Below, piece after piece: positions 17,380 to 28,170 of a DNA stretch of 60,800 bases. The stretch is from Synechococcus sp. Lineage in GTDB: Bacteria; Cyanobacteriota; Cyanobacteriia; Thermostichales; PCC-7336. The notes under the pieces were generated by a model. It worked only from the letters and a program-made list of their open reading frames with translations, searched no databases and was not told the origin of the DNA. The stretch is taken from positions 1-60,800 of the forward strand of contig JBFRWN010000113.1 in assembly GCA_051439605.1 (NCBI GenBank), read 5' to 3'. The position numbers were made by a program, and so were the translations under genes. The first letter of the stretch is position 1. Each line of letters starts with the position of its first letter.

Positions 17380-19401
17380 ATGACTGCCCGTACCATTGCT
17401 GCTCCGCCTACCCCTTGGTCAAAGGGGCAAGCAGAGCCAACTATCGACCCAAGTGCATACATTCATGCCTTCTCCAAGATTGTTGGGGATGTGCGTATTC
17501 ATGAAAATGTTTTGGTGGCTCCAGGCACCTCCATCCGTGCCGATGAGGGGTCTCCTTTTTCAATTGGAGCGAACACAAACATCCAAGATGGTGTTGTGAT
17601 TCACGGGTTGGCAGAGGGTCGCATTCTGGGGGATGACGGCGAGCACTATTCAGTGTGGATCGGCAGCAACACTTCAATTACGCACAAGGCTCTGATCCAT
17701 GGTCCGGCTTACATCGGTGACGACTGTTTTATCGGTTTTCGCTCAACTGTCTTCAACGCCAGGGTGAACCGCGGTTGCATCGTAATGATGCACGTCCTCA
17801 TACAGGATGTAGAGATTCCGGCAGGTAAGTACGTCCCTTCAGGTTCGATTATTACCAATCAGCAGCAAGCGGATCGTCTCCCAGACGTTCTACCCGATGA
17901 TTTGAAATTTACCTCTGAAGTTATTGGGGTAAATGAAGCCTTGCGGTCTGGCTATCGGTGCGTAGCAGATGGCACCTGCTCCGATGCTGTCCAAAACGAG
18001 TTTGTCACGAGTGGTGAGGTGTCACCTTCCTCTGTGAAATCAGGTGTGAACAGTCAAAATTCTTCTTCCAACGGCGAGAGGTCAAGTCTTTCTATGGATA
18101 TTCAAGAACAGGTACGGCAACTTTTGGCGCAAGGATGCCGCATTAGTATCGAATTTGCGGATGCACGTCGATTCCGCACGCAATCTTGGACCAGCTGTCC
18201 CGCGATCGCATCGACCCAGTTTGGTCAGGTATTGTCAGCGGTTGAGGGCTATTGTCAAGAACATCAAGGCAAGTACGTTCGTCTACTGGGCATTGACACT
18301 GCAGCCAAACGTCGCGTCGCCGAAATCGTGATTCAGCGTCCTAGCGATGCCCCTGTTCAACTGTCATCAGCGACTTCCTATTCCAGAACGACCTCTTCTT
18401 CGCGCGGATATTCTGCTCCTGCAGTTGCGATCGCCCCATCGAGTTCTTTAAACGAGGTTATTCGCCAAATTCTGTCTCAGGGATTGAGTATTGGCTTGGA
18501 ATCGGCGGATGCGCGCCATTTCCGCGCCAAATCTTGGACCAGTATCGGTCTGCTGGATGCCACTGACGTCTCCTCTGCGCTGCGCTCGGTAACCGCCTGC
18601 CTTGAAGAACATCAAGGGGAGTTCGTTAGATTACTGGGAGTTGATAGAAACGCCAAGAAACGTGTCGTAGAGCAGATAGTGCAGCGCCCCGGACAACCTG
18701 CCAGCGGTCCCTCTTCATCCACCTCAGTCAGCTCTCATAGCTACCGTCCCGCTACTGGTACCCACAGTAGAGGAAATAGTCGCCGCTTAACTCCTGAACT
18801 CGTGGCCCAGATTCGTCAGGCCCTCACCCAGGGATATCGTATCGGTACAGAGCATGCTGACAAACGTCGGTTCCGCACTAAGTCTTGGCAGAGCTGTGGC
18901 TTGATTGAGACCACCAGTGAATCTGGCGTGGTTTCCGCCCTCGAATCTTGTTTAGACGAACACTCTGGTGAATATGTCCGAGTGTTGGTGGTCGACCCCA
19001 AAGCGAAGAAGCGAGTCCTAGAACAAATTGTTCAGCGCCCGGACCAGAAATCGAGTTCCCCTGCTGCCTCCCAAACTGGTTCGGATGTGAACAGTCGTTC
19101 TTTCAGCTACAGCGGTACTAACGGTAACGGCCGTAAGAGCAGCAACGGCAATGGCATTGATCCCGCAGTTAAGCAACAGATTCAGCAGCTGCTTTCTCAG
19201 GGATACAAGATTGGTCTGGAATATGCAGATAAGCGCCGCTTCCGAGCTAAGTCTTGGCAGACAGTCCAGGTTGCTGGAGAAGCTGTTTCCAGCGTTGCGG
19301 CTTGTCTTAAGGAGCACTCCAATGACTACGTTAAGTTGATTGGTGTAGACACCAAGGCAAAGCGACGCGTGTTTGAAGAGATTGTTCAGCGCCCTAGCTG
19401 A
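17380..19401 (+). CDS. ccmM: CcmM: gamma-carbonic anhydrase domain plus four RbcS-like (SSUL) domains
   Basis: AAPPTPWS, hexapeptide repeats, four (Y/F/H/S)AD.R.FR..SW repeats. Confidence 0.96.
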   Translation: MTARTIAAPPTPWSKGQAEPTIDPSAYIHAFSKIVGDVRIHENVLVAPGTSIRADEGSPFSIGANTNIQDGVVIHGLAEGRILGDDGEHYSVWIGSNTSITHKALIHGPAYIGDDCFIGFRSTVFNARVNRGCIVMMHVLIQDVEIPAGKYVPSGSIITNQQQADRLPDVLPDDLKFTSEVIGVNEALRSGYRCVADGTCSDAVQNEFVTSGEVSPSSVKSGVNSQNSSSNGERSSLSMDIQEQVRQLLAQGCRISIEFADARRFRTQSWTSCPAIASTQFGQVLSAVEGYCQEHQGKYVRLLGIDTAAKRRVAEIVIQRPSDAPVQLSSATSYSRTTSSSRGYSAPAVAIAPSSSLNEVIRQILSQGLSIGLESADARHFRAKSWTSIGLLDATDVSSALRSVTACLEEHQGEFVRLLGVDRNAKKRVVEQIVQRPGQPASGPSSSTSVSSHSYRPATGTHSRGNSRRLTPELVAQIRQALTQGYRIGTEHADKRRFRTKSWQSCGLIETTSESGVVSALESCLDEHSGEYVRVLVVDPKAKKRVLEQIVQRPDQKSSSPAASQTGSDVNSRSFSYSGTNGNGRKSSNGNGIDPAVKQQIQQLLSQGYKIGLEYADKRRFRAKSWQTVQVAGEAVSSVAACLKEHSNDYVKLIGVDTKAKRRVFEEIVQRPS

Positions 19402-19544
19402 TGATGACGCAACCTGATATAGCGATCGTCACCCGAGGACATTTCAGCGAGCTGTATACCCCTGATTAGGCATAGATCCTGCTGTCCGAGCTGAAATCCA
19501 TCCAGCTATAGTTTCCGGCCTCGTTGTGTTAAGGTCTCACCAGC

Positions 19545-20513
19545 ATGTACATCCAACCCCTACAAGCTGTCGACAATCCTGGTTGCTATCATGTAGGCGG
19601 CGATGTATCCATTCACCCTTCTGCAACGATCGCGCCTGGAGCGCTTATTCATGCAGAACCCAACTGTAAAGTCAGCATTGGCTCAGCAGCCTGTATTGGC
19701 ATGGGGGTTGTGATCCATGCGTGCGAAGGAGATGTTGAAGTTGACTCTGGGGTAAACCTTGGGGCAGCTGTACTCATCGTCGGACACGCATCAGTTGGCG
19801 CTAATGCTTGCGTTGGATCTTCGACCACAATCCGCAACAGTCGTGTTGGGAGTGGAGAGGTGGTTCCTCCAGGTAGCCTAATCGGTGCTCTTGGGAAATC
19901 TACGTCTCCTTTTAGTTTTTCCTCCCAAGCTGTGAATAACGATAACCTCTCCGGGAATGAAGAGCGTCCCGTCGAGGATGTTTCGGAAACTGATAAGTGT
20001 TGTCGTCCTTCCCATCTAGTTGGGTCTGCGGCTAGCGGCGTTTCGCCTCTCAGCACTTCCACAGCTTCAGATGGTTTATCGCCCCCCGATCGCAAAGAGA
20101 CGTTTGAGGAGAGTGCACCCCCCCCTTCTGTCCCTAACGAACCTGCTACTGCCCTTGTTTCTGGACCACCCGTCGATCTGACGGGTTATAACTCTATTCA
20201 TAAGGTTGTTAGTCCGGAAGAAGATGCCCCAGACCCCGATCGAGTGGATAGTCTAGAGGGGAGTAGCCCTAACGAAAGTGAGAAATTTGTCAGTAACGAT
20301 GCAGTGGGTGTTCGGGTAGCGTCCTCCACGTCTTCTTCACCAGAGCAAGATTCATCCGAACTCCTTACGGGAGAATCGCTAGTGATTCCAGAAAAAGAGC
20401 AACAAATTGCCCCCTCTCCAGCCTTTGGTAAATCGCAGGTTCACCGTCTCATGAAGTCTCTGTTTCCTTATTCGTCAAACCACGGAAACGGGGCCTCTTC
20501 ACCGGATGCATAA
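19545..20513 (+). CDS. ccmN: CcmN
   Basis: N-terminal hexapeptide domain, long low-complexity linker, encapsulation peptide FGKSQVHRLMKSLFP. Confidence 0.92.
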   Translation: MYIQPLQAVDNPGCYHVGGDVSIHPSATIAPGALIHAEPNCKVSIGSAACIGMGVVIHACEGDVEVDSGVNLGAAVLIVGHASVGANACVGSSTTIRNSRVGSGEVVPPGSLIGALGKSTSPFSFSSQAVNNDNLSGNEERPVEDVSETDKCCRPSHLVGSAASGVSPLSTSTASDGLSPPDRKETFEESAPPPSVPNEPATALVSGPPVDLTGYNSIHKVVSPEEDAPDPDRVDSLEGSSPNESEKFVSNDAVGVRVASSTSSSPEQDSSELLTGESLVIPEKEQQIAPSPAFGKSQVHRLMKSLFPYSSNHGNGASSPDA

Positions 20514-20607
20514 ACATGTATGGAGATTGAATTTTTCCGCTTCAGATCTTTCATTAGCATCAGCCGTCCAGTCTTAGTTGGCCCCCACTCCTTCATTTGT
20601 GCTCTCT

Positions 20608-21390
20608 ATGGAGAATCGTCCTAATCTACCCCTACCGCCTGGTGAGGCTGATGGAACTAGTCAGTCTCGTGGACGGCTGTGGAGTGAAGGTTCGCTGGGG
20701 ATGGTTTCAACCCGTAGTTTTCCTGCAGTTGTTGGCGCGGCTGACACCATGCTAAAAACCTCCGGAGTTTCACTGATTGGCTACGAGCAGATTGGTAGTG
20801 GCTTCTGCACGGCAGTAGTTCGCGGCAATTTTGCAGATGTGCGCATTGCTGTTGCCGCAGGTGCGGAAATGGCTGAAGAAATTGGGCAGCTAGTAGACAG
20901 TGCTGTACTGCCCAGACCCTCTGAAAATCTGGAAGTTGTTCTACCCATCAGCAGCAGGTTTCAACAACTTGTGCGGCAGGATGGCTACAGTCGTCTGAGC
21001 AATCAGGCTGTGGGTCTCATCGAAACGAGAGGGTTCCCACCTTTGGTTGCCTCTTGCGACGCCATGTTGAAGGCTGGGGACGTTCAACTAGCTGCGTACC
21101 TCAAAACAGGAGATGCACTGTGCACTGCAATTATCCGTGGCAAGATCGCTAATGTTGTAGTGGCATTAGATGCCGGAATGGCGGAAGCAGAAAGGGTGGG
21201 CGAGCTTCACGGAGTGATGGTCATTCCGCGTCCGTTGGACGAGTTGGAGCAAACGCTGCCAACAGCAAGCTACTGGATCGACGAGCCCCTTGAAATGCCA
21301 TTGCAGGTGGGTCAACAAGAGGCTGAATTGGTAGAATTGCCTGATTTGACAGAGTTAGAAAAAATTACTGTCAGGCGCGAGGATGCTTGA
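20608..21390 (+). CDS. ccmO: CcmO tandem BMC-domain shell protein
   Basis: Two BMC domains (LGMVSTRSFPAVVG; AVGLIETRGFP); start could be 20578. Confidence 0.93.
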   Translation: MENRPNLPLPPGEADGTSQSRGRLWSEGSLGMVSTRSFPAVVGAADTMLKTSGVSLIGYEQIGSGFCTAVVRGNFADVRIAVAAGAEMAEEIGQLVDSAVLPRPSENLEVVLPISSRFQQLVRQDGYSRLSNQAVGLIETRGFPPLVASCDAMLKAGDVQLAAYLKTGDALCTAIIRGKIANVVVALDAGMAEAERVGELHGVMVIPRPLDELEQTLPTASYWIDEPLEMPLQVGQQEAELVELPDLTELEKITVRREDA

Positions 21391-21624
21391 TATGCCTATA
21401 CTTCACAGACTGTCTTCGATTATGAGTAGGTGAAACCCACTCTGTAGCTAGCCTTCTGAATTTTGGATAAATTTTGCTTTGCAAAACGAGTCCCTCCTAA
21501 AAGTTGATATCTATTTGAACTGTTTTGGGTCAGCTCTGTCTTATCAATGAGACAGTCTTAAGCCTTTAAGATAGTTAAGTTAGCGTCTCTGCATGGAGAT
21601 GTACCGTGCTTACCTGAAAATGAG

Positions 21625-21642
21625 TTAACATAAATTCATATT
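21625..21642 (+). promoter_or_regulatory. Possible HLR1 (RpaB) site upstream of ftsH
   Basis: TTAACATA-AA-TTCATATT, an imperfect match to the (G/T)TTACA(T/A)(T/A)-N2 direct repeat. Confidence 0.3.
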
Positions 21643-21739
21643 TAAGGCTCTATACCCATGCTCGCTAGCTCGGTACTTTCGTCGATTAAAGGCGATAGGT
21701 ATCTACTCGCGGCAACGCACTCGTAGAGGACAGGTTCTA

Positions 21740-23617
21740 GTGAATAACAAAAAGTGGAGAAACGTCGGGCTGTATGCCCTGCTAGCTGTAGTAGTCGGTA
21801 CGCTAGCACTTAGCTTTTTTGGTGGTGGTGCTCCTGCTCCCAAAGAAATGACCTTCTCAGAGCTGATACGGATGGTTGAAGCTCGTCAAGTGACGGAGGT
21901 TGTCATTGAAAATGGTGGCACTGAAGCCCTAGTTCGACTGGAAGGCGTTGGCGACAATGACGATTTGCGCCGTGTCAATTTGCCTTACCCCCTCCCCGAA
22001 GAGTTTGATTCAACTTTGCAAAGTGTTCCTGGTCTTCAGTACGATGTGAAGCCAATTCAGCGCGAGAGTCCCGTTCTAAGAGCATTCAGCCAGCTGTTGG
22101 TTCCTATCTTGATTCTGGTGGGACTTTTCTTTCTGGTGCGCCGAGCGCAGTCTGGTCCTGGCAACCAAGCGATGAATTTTGGTAAGTCCAAGGCCAGAGT
22201 CCAAATGGAGCCCAAGACTCAAATTACTTTTGGGGACGTTGCTGGGATCGAGCAGGCAAAACTTGAACTTGCTGAGGTGGTGGACTTTCTCAAAAACTCA
22301 GAACGATTCACAATTGTCGGAGCAAAAATTCCCAAAGGTGTTTTGTTAGTTGGCCCTCCAGGTACGGGTAAGACCCTTTTAGCTAAGGCAGTTGCCGGCG
22401 AAGCAGGAGTTCCTTTTTTCTCCATCTCTGGTTCTGAATTTGTTGAAATGTTTGTCGGTGTGGGTGCTTCTCGCGTGCGCGACCTGTTTGAGCAGGCCAA
22501 GCAGAATGCCCCCTGCATTGTTTTCATCGACGAGATTGATGCGGTTGGTCGCCAAAGAGGTGCTGGCCTAGGAGGGGGCAACGACGAACGTGAACAGACC
22601 CTAAACCAGTTGTTGACCGAAATGGACGGTTTTGAAGGAAATTCTGGCGTCATCGTTATCGCAGCAACTAACCGCCCCGATGTGTTGGATCAGGCTCTGA
22701 TGCGTCCCGGTCGCTTCGATCGCCAGGTAACTGTCGATCGCCCGGATTACTCGGGTCGCCGTGAAATTCTTCAAGTCCATGCCCGCGGTAAGACATTGGG
22801 CAAAGATGTCGATCTTGAGAAAATTGCCAGAAGAACTCCAGGATTCACTGGAGCCGATCTGGCTAATCTACTTAATGAGGCTGCTATTCTGGCTGCTCGC
22901 CGCAACCTCAGCGAAATCTCCATGGACGAGATCAACGACGCTGTCGATCGTGTGCTGGTTGGCCCTGAGAAGAAAGAACGCTTGATGAGCGAGAAGCGCA
23001 AGCGGCTGGTGGCGTTCCACGAAGCTGGTCATGCACTTGTGGGTGCGTTGATGCCCAATTACGATCCCGTTCAGAAGGTCACGATCATTCCCCGCGGTCA
23101 AGCAGGAGGTCTGACCTGGTTTATGCCCAGCGATGATGATATTGGCCTGACCACCCGCTCCCATTTGCTCAATATGATGACGGTTGCTCTGGGCGGAAGG
23201 ATTGCTGAAGAGGTCTTCTTCGGTGATGCTGAAGTGACCACTGGTGCCGCCAGCGACCTGCAGCAAGTTACCCGCATTGCTCGCAACATGGTCACTCGTT
23301 TCGGCATGAGCGACGAACTGGGTCATGTGGCCTTGGGTCGCCAGTCCGGTAACCCCTTCTTGGGGCGAGACATCAGCAGCGAGCGCGACTTTTCTGATGA
23401 GACTGCCGCGACCATTGATTCAGAGGTCCGTCGTCTAGTGGATTATGCATATAGCAAATGCCGCAAGACGGTTGAAGAAAATCGCGAGCTTCTGACTCGT
23501 ATTGCGGAAAGCTTGATTGAGAAGGAAACCTTGGATGGTGACGAGTTTCAAGCCATCATTGATGGAAATCCAGTGATCATGCCTGCTCCCGATCCAGAGC
23601 CAGTAACAGTCCGATAG
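21740..23617 (+). CDS. ftsH3: ATP-dependent zinc metalloprotease FtsH, FtsH3 type
   Basis: [14 protein letters not shown]-terminus, [14 protein letters not shown] and HEAGH. Confidence 0.93.
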   Translation: MNNKKWRNVGLYALLAVVVGTLALSFFGGGAPAPKEMTFSELIRMVEARQVTEVVIENGGTEALVRLEGVGDNDDLRRVNLPYPLPEEFDSTLQSVPGLQYDVKPIQRESPVLRAFSQLLVPILILVGLFFLVRRAQSGPGNQAMNFGKSKARVQMEPKTQITFGDVAGIEQAKLELAEVVDFLKNSERFTIVGAKIPKGVLLVGPPGTGKTLLAKAVAGEAGVPFFSISGSEFVEMFVGVGASRVRDLFEQAKQNAPCIVFIDEIDAVGRQRGAGLGGGNDEREQTLNQLLTEMDGFEGNSGVIVIAATNRPDVLDQALMRPGRFDRQVTVDRPDYSGRREILQVHARGKTLGKDVDLEKIARRTPGFTGADLANLLNEAAILAARRNLSEISMDEINDAVDRVLVGPEKKERLMSEKRKRLVAFHEAGHALVGALMPNYDPVQKVTIIPRGQAGGLTWFMPSDDDIGLTTRSHLLNMMTVALGGRIAEEVFFGDAEVTTGAASDLQQVTRIARNMVTRFGMSDELGHVALGRQSGNPFLGRDISSERDFSDETAATIDSEVRRLVDYAYSKCRKTVEENRELLTRIAESLIEKETLDGDEFQAIIDGNPVIMPAPDPEPVTVR

Positions 23618-23640
23618 TACAAGCTAGAGCCGCTCTCGAT

Positions 23641-23679
23641 GAAAAGCCCCCCATCCAGTTTCGGGCAGGGGGGCTTTTC
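23641..23679. terminator. Bidirectional intrinsic terminator
   Basis: GAAAAGCCCCCC...GGGGGGCTTTTC between convergent genes. Confidence 0.85.
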
Positions 23680-23771
23680 GCATATAGCGGTTACTATCTT
23701 CGTAACATCGGCAAACTCTTTCCTCGTCCAGGGTTTAGATTGTTGAGAGGTCCTAAGCGACTTGACTGGCG

Positions 23772-24374
23772 CTAACCTTCGTCCTCTTCATCTACTAGGC
23801 TGAGATTGTCATACTGGGGAGAGTATGAAGAAGGTCTAGGAGTCTTTTTGATTTCATCTTTGATATTCTCCAAGTCGATATAGCGATCGCAGACATTAAT
23901 CAGTTGGTCGCTAGTCATGGACCGCAGGCTGACCACCTCTACCCGTGCTCCTTGGTAGCTGACGGCATCGACAGCATAGGCCAAATCTCCATCGCCGCTG
24001 ACCAAAATAGCGGTGTCGTAGGATTTTACGAGGGTCAACATATCGACAGCGATCTCGACGTCCAAATTGGCCTTTTTGGATCCGTCGGGCAATTGTACGA
24101 GGTCTTTAGCAATGACGCGATAGCCGTTTCGACGCATCCACAGGAGGAATCCCTGCTGTTTCTCGTTAGCGCGATCGACCCCCGTGTAAAAAAATGCCCT
24201 CAAGAGACGGGACTGGCTGGTTAAGCAATACAGCAGCTTCGTGTAGTCAATTTCAATACCCAGCTGCAAAGCTGCGTAAAACAAATTGGATCCATCGATA
24301 AAAATGGCTACTCGGCCTCTGTTTTCAAGGAAATTTTCTGTTGTAAAGCCCGTTTTAGGGGCAAAATCTAACAT
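23772..24374 (-). CDS. NYN-domain LabA/DUF88 family protein (LalA-like)
   Basis: AIFIDGSNLFY, KANLDVEIAVD and LVSGDGD. Confidence 0.9.
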   Translation of the reverse strand: MLDFAPKTGFTTENFLENRGRVAIFIDGSNLFYAALQLGIEIDYTKLLYCLTSQSRLLRAFFYTGVDRANEKQQGFLLWMRRNGYRVIAKDLVQLPDGSKKANLDVEIAVDMLTLVKSYDTAILVSGDGDLAYAVDAVSYQGARVEVVSLRSMTSDQLINVCDRYIDLENIKDEIKKTPRPSSYSPQYDNLSLVDEEDEG

Positions 24375-24515
24375 CCGTTTTGTTTCCTAAAAAAAAATAA
24401 ACAAGTATTTATGAAAGTAAAGTAGAGCCTATCAAAAATCAAAACAAGTCAGTATATAAGACAAATCTAAACCAGCATGCCTCTGTTTCCAAGAAAGTGT
24501 AACAGCACTCTACAT

Positions 24516-26051
24516 TTAACCTAGCCGCTGAAATACAGGTTGGGGAGCTTTGTCCAGTGCTTTAGGCTTTAGCCCCCCCCATGCGGTCATTTCCCAAGTA
24601 AGCTGGTCGGTGCTTTCAAACTCAAAGCCCAGTTGGTTAAGAATGCGTAGGGCAAGGTCTGGAACCATGGGAGATATCAGGATAGCTGTAATGCGAACTG
24701 ATTCTAAGACTGCATAGAGAACTTCTTCTACAGCGGCTTGTTCCCCTTGCTTGTAAAGGGTCCATGGAGCTTGCGTCTCTAAAAACTTGTTGCTAGCTTC
24801 GGCCAAGCTGAGGATGAGTTGGCCCGCCTGATTAAAGTTGTAGCGATCGTAGGCAGCCGCCGCCTTTTCTAGCAAAGAAACCGCCAGAGACCTGAGGGGG
24901 TGGTCCTCTGAGAGCTCCACCGCTGGGATCTCGTAGCTACAATACTTTTTCAGCATGTTGAGGGAGCGGTTGAGCAAATTACCAAAATTATTGGCTAAGT
25001 CTGCATTGAGAATCTCAACAAACCGCGTTTCTTTGAAGTCACCGTCTTGGCCTAATTGAATTTCCTTCAGGAAGTAATATCTGACGGCGTCAGAGCCATA
25101 CTTTTCTACAAGTTCGTAGGGGTCTAAAACATTACCTAAACTTTTGCCCATTTTGCGGCCATCTTTGGTGAGAAAGCCATGGCCGAACACTTGTTGAGAA
25201 ATGGGGATGCCAGCTGACATCTGCATCGCCGGCCAGTAGATGGCATGAAACCGCAGAATGTCTTTACCAATCAAGTGCAAGTTAATGGGCCACCATTTGC
25301 TCAGAGCGGCGTCTAGACTGACATTTTTATTGTTGTTTTCCAGTAAGGCTGTGACATATCCCAGCAAAGCATCAAACCACACGTAGAGGGTTTGATCGGG
25401 GTCGTTGGGAAGAGGGATGCCCCAGGTCACGTTGGCACGCGATATGGAGAAGTCTTTAAGCCCCTGCCTGACGAAGTTCAAGACTTCGTTGCGGCGAAAC
25501 TCCGGTTGGATGAACTCAGGGCGATCGCGGTAGAGCTGTTCCAGTTGCTCTTGATAGCTAGAAAGGCGGAAGAAGTAGTTGGGCTCGTCCCTCCATTCGG
25601 TGGGCTTGTGGTGAATGCGGCAAACGTGTTCTGCCTCCAATTCCGACTCGTCGTAAAACGTTTCGCATCCGACGCAATACCATCCCTGCTGATGACCTAG
25701 ATAAATATCGCCCCGATCCCACACCCGCTGAAAAAATTCTTTGACGATCTCCGTGTGGCGGGGGGACGTTGTGCGGCTAAAGCGATCGTAGTGAATGTTG
25801 AGCAATTGCCACAGGCGATCGAACTCCGCTGCAATCTCGTCGCAATGCTGCTGAGCAGGCACGCCACGCTCGGCAGCTGTCCGTTGAATCTTTTGTCCGT
25901 GCTCGTCTGTACCCGTAATCAGCAATACCTCATCCCCCCGCAGGCGCTTATAGCGGGCGATCGCGTCTGCCGTAATGGTGGTATACGCGCTGCCAACGTG
26001 GGGTAAACCATTCACGTAGTACAGCGGTGTGGTTAAGGCAAAGCGGGACAT
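24516..26051 (-). CDS. metG: Methionine-tRNA ligase
   Basis: TTPLYYVNGLPHVG, GTDEHG, YVWFDAL, IGKDILRFH and KMGKS. Confidence 0.97.
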   Translation of the reverse strand: MSRFALTTPLYYVNGLPHVGSAYTTITADAIARYKRLRGDEVLLITGTDEHGQKIQRTAAERGVPAQQHCDEIAAEFDRLWQLLNIHYDRFSRTTSPRHTEIVKEFFQRVWDRGDIYLGHQQGWYCVGCETFYDESELEAEHVCRIHHKPTEWRDEPNYFFRLSSYQEQLEQLYRDRPEFIQPEFRRNEVLNFVRQGLKDFSISRANVTWGIPLPNDPDQTLYVWFDALLGYVTALLENNNKNVSLDAALSKWWPINLHLIGKDILRFHAIYWPAMQMSAGIPISQQVFGHGFLTKDGRKMGKSLGNVLDPYELVEKYGSDAVRYYFLKEIQLGQDGDFKETRFVEILNADLANNFGNLLNRSLNMLKKYCSYEIPAVELSEDHPLRSLAVSLLEKAAAAYDRYNFNQAGQLILSLAEASNKFLETQAPWTLYKQGEQAAVEEVLYAVLESVRITAILISPMVPDLALRILNQLGFEFESTDQLTWEMTAWGGLKPKALDKAPQPVFQRLG

Positions 26052-26139
26052 GATAAAACTTCGGCTGGGAAGCAACGGCAAGACTTCATCATGATATCTG
26101 TTAGGCTCCCCAATCTAATTCCCCGCTCAATCGCTGAAA

Positions 26140-27045
26140 TCAATCGCTGAAAGATTCCCCGATCGCAGAGAGAGACGTAATTAAGAGGGCGATTGCGATG
26201 CCAGGAAAAACGGCGGTCCACCAGATGCCGCTACCGGCAGCAAAAGAATCTAGGGCCATGCGCAGATCTTGACCCCACTCGGGAAATTCTGGCGGTATGC
26301 CCAGCCCCAGAAACCCTAAAGATGCCGTCATTGAAATGGCATCAGCTGCGTTCAGCGTCAGGAGGACGGGGAGACTGGGTAATACATTGGGAAAAATGTG
26401 GCGACCCATAATGGTGAAGGGAGGGGACCCGGCGGCAATGGCCGCCTCCACAAAGCCGCGTGACTTGATGCTGGCCGTTTGATTGCGCACCACCCGAAAG
26501 TAGAGGGGGCCGTAAGCAAGGGCAACCGCGACGCTGACCGTGACGATCCCCGGCCCCAGCACGAATGCCACGGCAATCGCTAGTAGTAGACCTGGCAACG
26601 TGTAGATGGCATCCATCACAAACACCAACAGGCGATCGAGCCAACCACCAAAAAAACCACTCAACAATCCCAGCGGCACCCCAAAAACTAGGGCAAAGGT
26701 GGTACCAGCAAAGACAACTTGAAATGCCGTTCGGGTACCAAAAAAAGTGCGCGAGAGGATATCGTATCCCTGTCTGTTGGTTCCCCAAGGGTGCGCAGCA
26801 GAGGGGGCCGCATGAACGGGGTGACTGAGAAATTCGTGCGGATCGAGCAGGAGGTTGGCCTGCACGAGGCTTGGAGCCGCTAGGGCGATCGCGACATAAA
26901 CGATTGCCACACCAATACTGACCCAAAGTAGTGGCCGATGACTCAGGGATCGCAGCCATTTGTATAAGGGTGAGTTGCGGAGGGGAGGGCCCGATGGCGG
27001 TCGATCCGAGCCCTCATGTTGAACATTTCGATTGCTGCTGACCAC
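26140..27045 (-). CDS. DppC/OppC-type ABC transporter permease
   Basis: HPWGTNRQGYDILSR, EAA loop (FVEAAIAAG) and LGFLGLG..PEWG. Confidence 0.9.
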   Translation of the reverse strand: MVSSNRNVQHEGSDRPPSGPPLRNSPLYKWLRSLSHRPLLWVSIGVAIVYVAIALAAPSLVQANLLLDPHEFLSHPVHAAPSAAHPWGTNRQGYDILSRTFFGTRTAFQVVFAGTTFALVFGVPLGLLSGFFGGWLDRLLVFVMDAIYTLPGLLLAIAVAFVLGPGIVTVSVAVALAYGPLYFRVVRNQTASIKSRGFVEAAIAAGSPPFTIMGRHIFPNVLPSLPVLLTLNAADAISMTASLGFLGLGIPPEFPEWGQDLRMALDSFAAGSGIWWTAVFPGIAIALLITSLSAIGESFSD

Positions 27046-27048
27046 GGT

Positions 27049-27450
27049 TTATTCCAGCTCCGAGGATTGTGGGCTGCGCTGCTCTAGCCATTGCTCGAGC
27101 ATGGGTAAGATCCCCTCTGCCATTGCAGTCCATTGATTGACGTTGCGATCGATGGGCAGCATCTCAACTGATTCCCCCCTGATCACCAGAAAACCAATGG
27201 GTTCGACTTTAACACCTCCACCGGCCCCCCCCCACTGTCCTGGAAGTCCTGGCTCTTGAGGAGAAGAGCTAAAGTGTGCGCCCCCACCTCCGCCCCCCAG
27301 CCCAAACTTCAGTGAAACGTATGGCACGATCGTGGTCTCCCCCACGGTAATCGGCTCTCCGAATGTTTGACCGGTTTCAGCCAAAGCTCGTAGCTTACTC
27401 AATACAGCGTCTAAAACTGTGTTGACAGGAAAGGAATTGGGGGACGTCAT
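27049..27450 (-). CDS. YtfJ/GerW-family protein
   Basis: FGEPITVGETTIVP..FGLGGGGG...GGAGGGVKVEPIGFLVI. Confidence 0.85.
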   Translation of the reverse strand: MTSPNSFPVNTVLDAVLSKLRALAETGQTFGEPITVGETTIVPYVSLKFGLGGGGGGAHFSSSPQEPGLPGQWGGAGGGVKVEPIGFLVIRGESVEMLPIDRNVNQWTAMAEGILPMLEQWLEQRSPQSSELE

Positions 27451-27472
27451 GCGTTTGCTGGGCTGAATATAT

Positions 27473-28099
27473 CTAGGCTACAAGCGATCTCCGTTGCGTC
27501 CACCACCATGCACAAATTTTCAAGAACAGGGCGATGGGCCGTAGGATGAAGGTGGCATCGCCTCTGGACCGAATCCCCTCTTGCTCGAAAGTCATTCTAA
27601 GGGAGCGTTGTATTTTGGGAGGCATTGCATAGAGTAACCCCAAATATTCCCCCGTTAGCGACGGGTCATTAAATCCCAGTTCAATCGCAGCCTGCCAACT
27701 TGATAGCACTACGACTGGGGCAATGAATTGCAGAAATGCCAACCGGTGTTTGTATTGCTGGATAGTAACGTTCATCGAGTGCTTCATGGGTGCTTTTGCC
27801 CAATTTATGAGGGAATAGAGCCAAGAAGATCGTTGCTTTAGGCTTATGGTTTGGCCCCAGAGAGGAATCTGAATGACTATTTGAAAGGCGATCGGTCCCC
27901 GCCATGATTTTCTCCACACGAACCTGACCGGCCAAGCCAAACATGCTAACAGGAGCATCGTTGTGCAAAGCAAAACGATGCCTGCTAATCCAATAGCTAA
28001 ACTCAGTCTGAAAAGCAATGCGCTACCACTAACCAGCAGTAACGCATTATGTCTTATCGAGATCGTTAAGTCGCCTAGGACATCTCCGCTATCCAGCAT
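27473..28099 (-). CDS. DUF2953 (YtfI-like) membrane-anchored protein; start uncertain
   Basis: N-terminal TM helix and LGFNDPSLTG..LGLLYA motif; directly upstream of the YtfJ-like gene. Confidence 0.6.
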   Translation of the reverse strand: MLDSGDVLGDLTISIRHNALLLVSGSALLFRLSLAIGLAGIVLLCTTMLLLACLAWPVRFVWRKSWRGPIAFQIVIQIPLWGQTISLKQRSSWLYSLINWAKAPMKHSMNVTIQQYKHRLAFLQFIAPVVVLSSWQAAIELGFNDPSLTGEYLGLLYAMPPKIQRSLRMTFEQEGIRSRGDATFILRPIALFLKICAWWWTQRRSLVA

Positions 28100-28170
28100 C
28101 CTAATGGTGCAAAGAGATGTCAGTCAGACCTGAGATGTCAAAAGCCATAAAATCATTCGACTGTGGAAAG

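Noticed and set aside
18094..19401. Four imperfect tandem repeats
   Set aside because: These are the known SSUL domains of CcmM.
23772..24374. NYN nuclease as a toxin or anti-phage effector
   Set aside because: It matches the conserved housekeeping LabA/LalA family next to metG, with no defence context.
24389..24398. A/T homopolymer upstream of the NYN gene as a phase-variation tract
   Set aside because: A short run in an AT-rich intergenic region with no evidence of variability.
24488..24515. TGTA-N9-TACA as a possible NtcA site upstream of the NYN gene
   Set aside because: The spacing is one base too long for GTA-N8-TAC.
26342..26959. 205-aa alternative-frame ORF
   Set aside because: Lies entirely inside the ABC permease gene and has no recognisable domain.
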